From Catajapyx aquilonaris (lineage: Eukaryota): a DNA stretch of 64,000 nt. The stretch is from contig KZ538213.1 in NCBI GenBank assembly GCA_000934665.2, positions 1 through 64,000 of the forward strand. The letters run 5' to 3'. Shown here one piece after another: positions 26,101 to 38,200 of this stretch (within the stretch, counting starts at the first letter, position 1; each line of letters begins with the position of its first letter). Both the position numbers and the translations under genes were made by a program. The notes below the pieces were generated by a model. The model saw only the letters and a list, made by a program, of their open reading frames with translations, ran no database searches and was not told where the DNA came from.

Positions 26101-29100
26101 ACTTGAGATAATTGCGAGCCGGTTTCCTCTCCCAAGGTTTTCCTTCTCTCTCATGTAATAAGACTTTGCTAGGGGGGAGAGGGTTAAAATGGCGGGCTGC
26201 TGCTGCTGCTGAAGAGGAGAGATGTGGCTGTCAGTGGCCATGGCTCCGGAGCTTTGGGGCAAATTCTTCAGGAGGGAACCTGAGCCAAAGTGGGCGGGTG
26301 CGGCGGCCAGAAGAGGTAATAACCTAAATCCTGCGGGCGCCGTACATCGGTCTTCGGATATCTTCGGGGCCTCTCTGGAGGTTCCAGAGCTTGAAACACA
26401 CACACTCTCTCTCTCTTGCTACTGGACGCCACACTTTACGATGGGGGGGATGTACTTTTCTTGCGAAATATTACAGCCGCAACCGTCGCCGAATAAATAG
26501 ATGGTTGATTCTAATCTTTAAACTGAATTTTAAGGCTCGGTCAGCAAGTAAAACGAAATAATTTTTAAACAAATACTGCAGGGCATTCATCAAATAAATA
26601 TGGAGTCTTTTTGTAATTTCTGTGTTGTCAATTGATGGATCAATTCTTTGGGGGATTTACGGCAAGGAAATGCGTTATTAATCAGCGCCTGATGCACCGG
26701 CACTTTGATGTTCATAATTTAAGAGCAGCCCGACCCCACAGTTCGTAACGACTGTACTAGAATAATACCTTGATTGTCTAACTGCCTAGTTTTATTGCCG
26801 CGATGCAAGCAACTCTAGCCCATCATAACGTGCAATTTTAAACACCCCGGTGCTTTCTGATAAGGCGCCCATTTTAAGACATAATTTATATCTGCTCCCC
26901 TCCCATCAAGACAAATTTGGACCGTTCCATTCAAGGAGTCCTCATGAAAATAATATGTGGCTGGGGCCTCGTCTATATTGATGAAACTAAGAAATGGGTC
27001 GATACAACGGACACGAGGATGGTTGAGATGTCGGGGGGTCGTTGTAACTTCTCTCTGCTCTCTACTCTCTGTGTGTATATACTTGTGTAAGGGTATACCG
27101 AATTGTGAGAAATTGCAACTTGTAGATATATACACCAACCGCCACAGACTGTTCAAAACAACTTTGGATGTTTCGAAGCGAGGATTAATTTACAGTTAGG
27201 AGTGTATTGTTCTCTGCTGTGCCCGCATTAACTTTGCGGAGGGGCCGAGAGATTGATCACGCAAGTACCGGAAAACGCTTCCGTATTCCTCGAAAAGCCC
27301 CCGGAATACATTTTGGAGAGCCCATCACACAACTGATGGCGTCATCTGCTAATGACGCAGATGCTGCGCATAATTCACCGGGAGGGAAACAGTCGGTGAT
27401 TATTTCGGCATCTCATTTCGCATTATGAACGTTACTGCTTTTGCAATTTTTTAAAAAAATACAAAAGTAGAGAGATTCAGCCGATTTCTTGACTGGCTGT
27501 GGGTTTATGATCAGTGGTAGGTAATTTTATTTGTCCAGGGGCCGACTCCCGTGGCGAACGAAGTAATCAAATAAGGTGTGTGTCCCCTGGCTCGGTGCTG
27601 AGGGATGGGTTGGGCAATTGTGAGAGGGGGAGAAAAGGTAGGCGTCCCTATCCTGAAGGAACCCCCCTCACTTGCTTAATGGTAATGTCAAGTTAGGAGA
27701 AGGGGAGGGGGAGAAATCCCCGAGATGGATGGCGTCGGTTGGGGGACCGCCACGCTCTCTCAGAGGTCTTCCATGATGGTGAGGATTCTTTGCCCAAGCC
27801 ATCCGCCGCTTCATTTGTGCGCTGGATTATCCGGTTAATAGACGGCTCACCTTAGGGAAAATGGAGGAAGGAATGAAGGAGACGGAAACAAGTGCGGTTG
27901 CTGTAATGGGGGCGGATCATTATTTTGGTAACATGCTAATTGACGGCAAAGGGTGACAAACATGGGACCAAACCTGGTTCGCCATTTCTGTTCAAATTGG
28001 GAAGGCCCACAATTCTAGGCGATTGTTGAAAAGCGACAGTGCCTTCGTTAGCGACTGCCTTCTTACAGGAAAGGCTTCCTTTTGAAATCGGTGTCTATAG
28101 TCGCGTTCCTTGAACTCCTTTCTCACTTGGATTCAGGATGGAAAAAAAAGAGTTGAAAATCTCAAGCGTTCATTGGATGGGAAGACCCAACAGCAAGCCT
28201 TACAGTTAAATGGCGGGTATTGACCAAAATCTTTTTAGCAAAAAAGCGGGTAAGCTTCGTATTCTCATTTCCCATTGTTCTCTCTCTCTCTGCTGCTGCT
28301 AGGAGGAAAGTGGATCTGGCAAAGGCAGGCCAATTCAAACACTGTAAAATGGGATGATAGTATGGCAGTGTCCAGCGTTGCGGAGAAATCCTTTTTTTTT
28401 CCTACTGGACTGTTGCCAGGCTTCTCCACCCTGAACTGATTTACAGTCCTATTTTGGAACCTTGAACAATGATAGTACCAATTACGATTTCAGAATCAAT
28501 TTATATAAATATCGCCGGAATGTAAACCTGTCCGGACCAAGAGTTCTCCACACTAAAACGCTGCTGGAAAAAAATGGGAAAGAGAAACCATCCACTTGTG
28601 CTGTTATAGTGCCTGGAGCCTTGCCTGGAATAAATGCAACTACAAGTATGCACGGTGCAAAAGTACTGCACGGCTAGCAGATTTTTTAAAAACTAAAAGT
28701 GTTTCTATGATGTCCTACTCGCCATATTCCATTGTACTTGCCCTGATGAGGAGGATCAAAAACTTAGCTTTAAAACAAAGCCCTCCTGCTGATAAATTTA
28801 TTCGCGTATTAAAATTGTCCCGCCTTGGCATAATGACTCCTTCGATGCTCGCAGGAGATAAGGAAGGAGGTTAAGTACTCTTGGTGCAGATGACGGATAA
28901 TGAGATCGCAATTTGAAACTGGGCCAGCAGACTTGCTCTAGGTTCCTTATGTGCCCCTTGGTGTTAAGGAAACTTCACGTTTCATGCACTCAATGAAACA
29001 TTAAAAAAGGTACACAAAATCCATGTCACTCTATTGCATTTTTAAATATGCAAATGAGCACGAATCTGTCCAGTGTGCAGTAACAGTATTTAGTTTTAAT

Positions 29101-32100
29101 TTAAACGAATTAATCTTCACCTCCTCACTAATTTGTCTGCTAAACTGTACTTCGTGACTTGCCCTCTTTTCGTATTTCATACACGTGCAGTTGCTAAAAG
29201 GTAGCACAGTGTGTAACATCCATCCACATAGCGTGACTAATTACTCCTCCAGCCTTTATGGTCCCAAATACTGTACCCTCTCGTACAAAGTAACTAGCCC
29301 TGCTGGAAATCACTACCGATACTTAACTTACTGTAGGCTCTCTGCAAAGGTTGATGGACTATTTGAATGCCGAAAGGTACAAGCGGCTAATATGAGAACA
29401 ACTCTGCTGAATGCGCCTGAGGTGAATGAAAGTGGAAAAGGCTTCATTCAAAACGGTTCCACCAAAGCAACTCTGCCGAAAATTGTGAAGGGCTGCCAAT
29501 TCTGAAAACCGCAGTCATCGTCGACTCGGATGAGATTACTCCTCGAAGCATGCCAGGTTGATAAAGTGGCAGTTCATATGGATTCCTCTTTCTCTTGTGC
29601 TGGCAAACACAGAGCTCATTGTGAATGGGAGAAGTATAGAAGAGGAGGAAAAAAAAATCAGGGATTTTAGTTACAACCGTGACGTCCTCGGGTGTACAAA
29701 AGTAGCTTATGTTTGAACAATTATAAGCCGATTCGTCATTCGTATAGCAAAGTTACATGCGGTTTAAAAAAAAAGAAACAATATTAGAGCAAATGTGAAG
29801 CGGATTGCGATATTCCAGCTGAATTTGTCCTAATGTGGATTTCCCTCATTTTTTGGGGACACAGCAGTGCGGTGTCTGCTCTATATATATTTTTTGTCAG
29901 GGCGGAGTATTTCTGAGATAGGGCGTAGACGTGCAGAATTTATTGCGCTGGAATAGAAAGGACGTTTAATGGTGTGCTTGGCAGCATCATTGATTTTTTT
30001 CCCCCTGGCTGCCAACTACCAGACCCCGTCCTCTGCATAACGGTTGGTTAAAATTCAGTTACATTTTAGCAATGTAGATAAGTTTCTTTCCTCAGCTCCG
30101 CATGCGAGTTTTTTTTCCCCCAGCTAAAAAAATATTCACATTGAAACTCAGCAGATTTGTCAAAAGGTGAACCAGCAAACCGCAGCTCTTAAAACCAGGG
30201 CTTATTAGCAGTTAACGTTTGAATGATAGGTGCATGAAACGCCGGAGTATATTTCATGCTTAATTACTGCCTCTAAAAGGGGTGTCCTTCAAACCGTGGG
30301 CCATCCCCCCCTAGACCAACTCGTCATGAGCACCCCCCCCCCAACTAATTGAGGGTTACGGAAACAGATGGAAAACACCGCCCTCTGCAAATTCGGGCCC
30401 CCAGCGATGGCTATCATATCACGAGTTTCAGAGAGACGTCAGGAACTTTTGCATGGTTTTCAGGGGAAAGATTACCACGACCTAGATCGAGTGTCATTCT
30501 CTGCGACCAGACCTCCATGCACACAGAGCGGGGGGCTATTTATTATTTTGAATAGAGTGATGGAGAGGAGGGGAGGGATGCTGGTCATGTCATGTAACCA
30601 ATATGGCTGCTAACAGTGGCATGTTTCATCGACTGGAACCAAAGCAAAACACGTGCTATTGAAAAGCTAGGCAACGTTGTGTGTCATCCGTTGACCCCTG
30701 AATATAATCACTGTCATTGGGGGCGTTTTGCCATCTAGCGAATTAATTAATTTTGTGTACCGCGATGAAATTAATGGAAAGTTGCTGCTAACTATAGATG
30801 AACTAGTAGATAACGGAACCGTTGCCACATTTTGGCAACACTGCTTGCGTTCCAATGCCTTGCCAACGTCGCTAAAGTCGACCATATTGTTACCCCCTCA
30901 AGCGTAGTGTTGGAAACAATTTGCGCGAACTGTGTTGCGCTCATTTAAAAATTCATCTATAAGTTTATAGTGAGCACAACAGTGTCACATAATGCTCAAA
31001 AGAAATAGTTGAGTTTTCCAGCATGCCACACCCACCTGCACACCATATTTTGATCCTCGAGACTGAGGCACAGAATTTTGCCAGTCTGGAAACGTCTAGA
31101 CTAGAGAAACCTCGTGGTGGTTGACGATGGAATGGGTCGCGTATTGTGCAGAGTCAACTCCGCCAAGTATACAGGTCGTCCCGGAGGGAAAAGCCTCTCT
31201 CGCAGTCAGACCAAATCTGCGGAGGAAGAGGAGCAGCAAGATTATCCTAGCCTCTGTGTGACTGTCGCCTTGTCTTTGTTTATGTCGAGAGTGGGTGTAT
31301 AGACGGTAGGGGGCCCCAAAGCCTCTCATTTCTAGCGAAGGAGGCTGCCAGCTAAGAGGGGAAAAAAAGAAAGTGGAAAACCAGAAAAAAATATATAGAG
31401 GAGACAAAAATTCCTGCACCTTTCATCTCTATAGAGTTTCATATTTCTCTGAAGAATCGAGCAAGGGTCTTCTTTCCCTGGAGGAAATGTACTTTCTTTT
31501 GGAGACGGATACAGCCTATATATACGGAGAAGGGAAAGGAGGAAGAAAAAACATTGTCCAAGGAACGACATCAGGAGACCACCGAGGACAGGCAATCTCT
31601 TATACAGCTTGGGGGTCGCGAACAGAAAAGATGAAGAAAAAAACGAGATGAATCAATCGACATAAGCGGTTTAAAGGAAAAGAACTGAGACGCCGGAAAT
31701 GACAGCTTGGGTATTTTTATGCTGGAATTGACTGCACATGGAAGTCCGACTTATATCATCCAAAAGATAAACCTGGTGCTGTTATCTCACTTGTGCGGCT
31801 CGCTGAGGAAAAATCGCTGGAGGTAAACAATATGGAAAGTACATTTCCACGATTTGTTTACGCCCGTTAAGGACGAACCAATTCGCAAAAAAAAAAAACC
31901 ATTAGGTTTTAGTGCGATCAAGTCCGAGATGGCAAATCTGTTAAACCGGACATGAATGTCGTCCTTTTCCCTTCTCTCTCCCGCTGAAGTTGGAAGGGCT
32001 TGGAGAGAAAATGAAAGTCCCTTCCCGACCCCCATCTGGGCTTCATAGCCGGCTCCAAGTGGCAGGTAATTATTCACCATTGTCACTTCATATCCCGCAC

Positions 32101-32156
32101 TCCGGAAAATGTGTGGGGAGAGAAGTTAGGGGGGAAGCTGAGATGAGAGAGAGAGA

Positions 32157-32224
<68 letters not shown>

Positions 32225-35200
32225 TTATTTGGAAGCGACAGTGCCACATATATTCCAAACCCGTTGGACTTACACACTATCACAATGTATCCTGAAGGGG
32301 CAATGAATCAAAAGCACTATCGCACCAGGAGTGTGTACGCAGCTCCAAGTAATCAGTGTTAATTATATATAAAAAGTAGGAAGCAATTAGGTTATGGAAA
32401 CATTGCAAAGTCTGGGGTTGGGCTCTTATCTTTGGTCCCCCCCTCCCCCTTCCCCACCCTTTTCCTTTGATGCGGAAGGCGGGAAAATGGCGGAGAAGTA
32501 ATAGCACTAAATCTCCCCAACACAGGTCCTTTAATAATGTTATGACGTGGGTTGAGCGTGTTGGGGGGAAGGACCGTTGAGCCGAAACCTGGTAATGGCA
32601 GTTAGTTCAGGCCCGTTGAGTTGGAATATTTTGGGAAAAGAGGGGGGGGGGNNNNNNNNNNNNNNNNNNNNNNNNNNNNNNNNNNNNNNNNNNNNNNNNN
32701 NNNNNGAGGACGAAAGGGGGGGGGGGTTCAATTTGCATATGAAAGGTTATTACTTTTCCATCGGTTCGCGATCAATGCTGTTGCCGAGAGTAGGGGGCTT
32801 AGAGACCCTCAGTTTTAATTTCGCAACCGTGATTAGGCTGGGGATACCTTATATAGGAAGGCATCGATTTACCTCACACAGATTTTGAACCAGTTACGTC
32901 ATACGGTTGTAGATAATTAGGGAAAAAACACGAAATATTCGTCGATTCCAGTAGCAAAAAAATGTCATTTGTAATGGGCGTGAAATTATTTGACGGAAAA
33001 AGTGACGTCATCAATTATGCAATCTCTATTGTTTACGGATGGCTCGTCTTTTTGTTTCTTTTTCTTCATGAAATTGAAACTGACAATAAGTGTGTTCTTC
33101 TAAGATGATGGCCTGCTAGATTTTGACTCAGAAGTAGCAGCATATTGTCCATAATCATCGGCATGCTCGATAACCATACGTGTAGCTCGTTTTGTGCACA
33201 ATTTCCATCGTCAAACAGAGATAGTCGGCTGTTGGAACCGAGCAGTGCAGTTGGAGAATTAGAATTGCTAATGAAGACCCAGGACAAGAGTGGGTGGACT
33301 GGTGGGTGGGAAAAGTAAAAAAAAACGTCGGATATAATTTGCATGAAGTCTATGAACGGTTCGATGTCATTCCTCACGTGATATTAAGGCATAAAAATAC
33401 ATTTCTGAAAATACATCCAGCCTCAAAGAGACGTCTCCTCAAACATGCTACTTATTCATGGAAGATGTCTTTGTGCGACATCAAACAATTTTCTTAGGAA
33501 ACCTGCAAAGTTATTCTCAGAAACAAAAACCGCAAGCTAGATAGAGAGAAAAAAAAAGCTAGGAATTTTTTGGTGACGATTCCGCGCGTCATCGGATGCA
33601 AGTTTGCGATTTCTGGGGCTCTCTGAGACAGAAGCCGGCGAAATTCCAGAGAGGTTTGCAAAAGCCCGCGACTCTCTCTCTCTCTCTCCAAATAATATTA
33701 ATGCATGTCGGGGAGACACGCTGACATTTACAAGTCGCGGGGAATTATGCTGGCGGCCCTTATCCTAATATAATATTCAATTCGTCATTTCTAGTTGCGG
33801 GCGGGTTGCGTCATTCGCAGGTATAAGGATTGTCATTTGGACCGGGAGAGGCCCCTTTTTCTTTAATTAAATCTCCGGTAATACGTTTCCTTATTAGGAT
33901 ACTTGGGGATCTCTCCATGAGAAAAGCAGTGCGTCGAAATGGCTGTGATAATTACGCTGGATGCGGCCATTATTGTGTGACTAATGCTAATTGCCATAAT
34001 GCAGTTGGAACGGGAGATTAATTATTGCATTTTCCTATGTTCGGTGACAAATGTGAGTTTCGCTGGTGGTGCCAATTTTTTTTTTTCGCGAATGCAAAAT
34101 GATGAGGTCACAACCTTTAGTAATTTTGTTACATCATGACATCCAACTATAATGAAAAAATATTTAATGGAACGAACCATTCGTTCAACCGAATATGAAG
34201 GTTAATATAGGTCCTTCCAGGCTATTGTGATTGGCATCTTTAATATGCGGGTACAAGGGCAGTCAACATGCCTCTACAAAACATGTCACTCATGAGTGTC
34301 CCCTCCCATTTTTTAGGCGACATAAATTGGAAGGGAGCCAGATTTTTTTTAGAGGGTGTTGCTGGTGCCGCGCCACATCCAACCAGCAGATATTGTTCTC
34401 TTCTGGCCTTTTGCCTTGCGAAACCCCCCCCCCCCCTCTGATCTCCTGGGAGATTTACAAGTGCGACCCGAAGGAGTGCTAAAAGGCTGGGGCCGGAAAT
34501 GAGATTGAAACGGGGAGGACGGGTCTGTAATGGCGAATGTCGACTGAAAGAAGGAGTTCTCACCTTGCCCCCAAAATGCTGCTGTCTCTAGATTTTTTTA
34601 AAGGGGAAAAGATAAGCGTGCGGTAAAATGACGCCAGATGTCACTAGTAGCATATAAAAAAGTCAGCAGATGGCAGCACCTGTTTGTGAAAACCCGGCGG
34701 ATGGCAGCACCAGCTTGGGATTAACCGACAGATGGCAGTAGTGGCTTAAGATTTTCGAGAATATGACCGCCAAAACGTCAGCTTGGGATCCATCCATCAC
34801 TTGATGACTTATAGGAGGCCATTAAGCGGCTTCAGTGTAAAACCAAATTTGATCCGCAGCAATGAAATTTCCGGGCGTTGCCATGCCTCTGGAGTGGCAC
34901 GAGTTGTCTATTTATCCAGTAATAGCCCGCCAAAACTTTCTGGGGAAGGTTTGGAAGGAAAAGCTCAGGCTTACGCTTAGCCGCTGATGAGGACTAAAAC
35001 CTCATTTCCTTGGCAGAAGCGGCGCAAGTGGCACGAACCGCGTGTCTTTTCAGGAAGCGTTGGGATTAATCCCCGGAAGTGCCTCGTTTTAAGACGTCAA
35101 ATTGGTGATAAAATGGCAGCCGGCTTATTTGGCGTGCAATCGAATTTTGGCGGGGCGCAAGTCCGATACCGACTTGCTTTGGAACATTTCCAGGACAACA

Positions 35201-38200
35201 AGGATTGGGTGGGTTTTTTTGTAAAGTTGCGGTACAGTATAGGATGAGTTATGACGAGACCTTGGCCCAAACGTATTGCATTGTGCTCCCCTTTTGCGAG
35301 GGAACGTGTTCTCTGCGGTAACTGCGGTTGCCAAAAAAAAAATTTGACCAGTTTTTGCCATCATTTCTGGACGTTGCATTTTGTGGTTCCAACACGTTAT
35401 CGGAGAGCGGGTTTTAGGTCGGGCCCGATTTGAAAAGGAAACCGCATTTTATAGGCGCTAAGTGGGGGAATAAATGACCAAATTTGCTGCCCGGAATAGT
35501 TTGTTAATTTAGAAGCTGCAAGACAATTTGAAACTCTTTCGAAACCCACCAACAAAAGGTTCAAAATGAGAAAAGTTTAGTAGTTGTTATGTAACTTGCG
35601 GGTTAGTCTTAAGCTTCATCTTCTTGAAGAGTGGTTTTTTTGGGGTAGCGCTATTTTAATCCAGCTTAAACTGCTTCTAAGAAAGTATCAAGGACCAATA
35701 GTGGTAGAGTGGATCAGCTCTGTAATATTCTGATGGTTATGTACTGTTGAATGTATTACTGTACGTACCATTATTAGCGCACTTGGAGGAGAAGGTTATT
35801 TCAATGGGGCCCATATTGCCTTCAGAGCCTTATTCTTCTTCCTCCCAAGAAGTGAACAGGGACTGGAATTCCTCACGCCACTTCGGGTGGAGACTATCGT
35901 TAGACACCTGATTTAGCCCCAGGTATTTAATCAAGGAAGAAGACTCCACCTGAAGATGTATGACGGCGCATTCCGCGCATCAGCCATGGCAATTCAATTC
36001 CTGGAGTTCCTCTGGCCCCCGGGGAGGAACAAGGCACAACCTTTGCCCTAATCCAACAAATCAGTCATCTTTGTCTTGGCCCTGGCCTCTCTAATATTGA
36101 TCCAGCTGGAGAAATTAATCCTGGAGAAACCTCACCTCGAGAAAATGATAATTTTGGTTCCAGGCTTTGGATCTTTGGATCCAGGAAGTGGACATTGTCT
36201 TTTGCGACTCCGTCTTAAAAGGATTATACTCCTGGAGTGTTGGGAGGTGGTGTAGTCAAATGGAGGGATGCTTCGTTTTATTACCTACTTGGGTCTCAAG
36301 TTTTACGACGTCGCTTACAGAATGTAACAAGGATCATGCGCGGAATGAACTTACTCCTCCACGAATTCACTTTGTAACTTTTTTTTGAAGTAGTGCTACG
36401 GCGATCGGATTTTATTGCTTGTCGCCTTGGACAATTTTTTAAAATTCCTTAAATGGAAACACGCAAATTGATTAGCGAATCGGCAAGTACTGCCTCTTAT
36501 AAATTAGCTGAGTTGATAAAGCCGCCCAAAGTTGAGCAGGGCTCTAAAGAACCGCTGGATTAGCTCAGGTATAAATCGCTTTTTCCGCGTCATAAATTCA
36601 GCCTCGCATTGCCTTGCCATTCCATTTGGAGCAAACAGATATGGTAAACTGTCCGATTACTGATGTTTTTTTGCATGAATTTTAGCAGGCTTTAAAACGC
36701 AATAGGAGTTATTATAACATTAAAAGTAGGTTTAAAAATAATTGCTGTCCATGGGTGTATAATGTTAAATTATTCTACACTCTGCTACTTTTATAGCTTG
36801 CGTAAGTGTGCCCTCTCTGAAATATTTATTGACTCTGCGGGAAGGATTTTAACAATTTATTGTGTAACAAACTTTGCGATGTAAAAATAGTGTTACATTC
36901 CGATACAGTACATTCAGTATACAGTTAGAACATCAGATAACAATAATTCGTCATTGCACATAGAGCTTCAACTCATACTTGTAATTTGGCAGTAAAAACT
37001 TGAGACTCGTGATTCGCCCAAAACAATCCTGGTGTAATTCCCTTTGGCATTAAATATGTTTTATTTATTGGAGCAACTTGTTCCGAGCGCATAAATTTTT
37101 ACGATGCGTTTTGACTGCCAGATGCCATCGCTGTTTAGTAATATTTCGCTTAAATTTGTCCCTAAACCAGGCAATTTTGCGGCAATGAAACTAGATAATT
37201 GATTAAGCTTCCTCCCCTGATTAATATGTAAATGCAATAAATTTCGTAGTGTGATGAGAGGCTCTGGAAACATTGGAACTGAATACAGTAGGGTGAAACC
37301 CCATCCCAAAATGGCTTAATTTTCAACTCACGCGAAAGCTATATATCGACGACTCCCTTTCTCTTAAAATTCTTTTCAACCTTAAAACAATCGCAAAAAA
37401 AAGGTGGTAGACATGGACAAAGGAACAAGGCGGGAAAATTTTCTGGAATAGCCACGGGGAGAAAACCGTAGAGAAAAAAGAATAGGAAGTTTGTCGCCTG
37501 CTGGAAACGGCGCGGCGTCTGTCCCTCAGAGACGCATTTGAAACTCGACCATTTGCAGTCCGGTGACTACCCCGAGCCGAGTTTAAAAAAACCAAAGTTA
37601 GAGGGCATGAGTGTACCAGCCAAAAAGAAAAACTTTGGGACCCACCAACTGCCCCAGGGGATGTAATAGAACAGGAGGCTGGGTATTGTGGATGAACGTA
37701 CGAGTGTTCCAACTGGTTGCCACAAGACATGCTAGTATAACGCAGGGTGTCGGCCGGAAATTTCAGCTGTTGAATTGGCTCAAAAATGTAGATGTGAAAA
37801 ATGTAAAGAAATCAACAAGTAGCTCAAGACTTCCTGACTTTTTAAGGAAGGTTTTTTGAGCTAATCTGACCACTCACCTGCACTTCTGATTCACCTTGTG
37901 ATGCAACAAATTCTTGGTCGGTTTTTATATTTTTCGCCGCAGTCTTTACTTTTCATCCCAACTTTCTCAAACGTCGCATAAACCGTCGCCAGGGGAAATC
38001 ACAAACCTCCACTCCACGGAAATTATTCTCTCGTTAGAGTTACGGCGAAGTTTTCCGCCCGTCTGATAGGTTACATGAAAAGTTGAAGGGAATCAACGAG
38101 CTACGATTAAGGGAGTAGAGGAGCCTGAAGAGAAGTGGGGGGGAGAAGAGAGATGAAGGATCGCGTATCCTACTCAGGGTCTTATTCTTCTAACTGTGTC

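Noticed and set aside
34631..34745. CRISPR-like reading of the regularly spaced motif array
   Set aside because: The repeats are only about 12 bp and degenerate, the context is a eukaryotic intron, and there are no cas genes.
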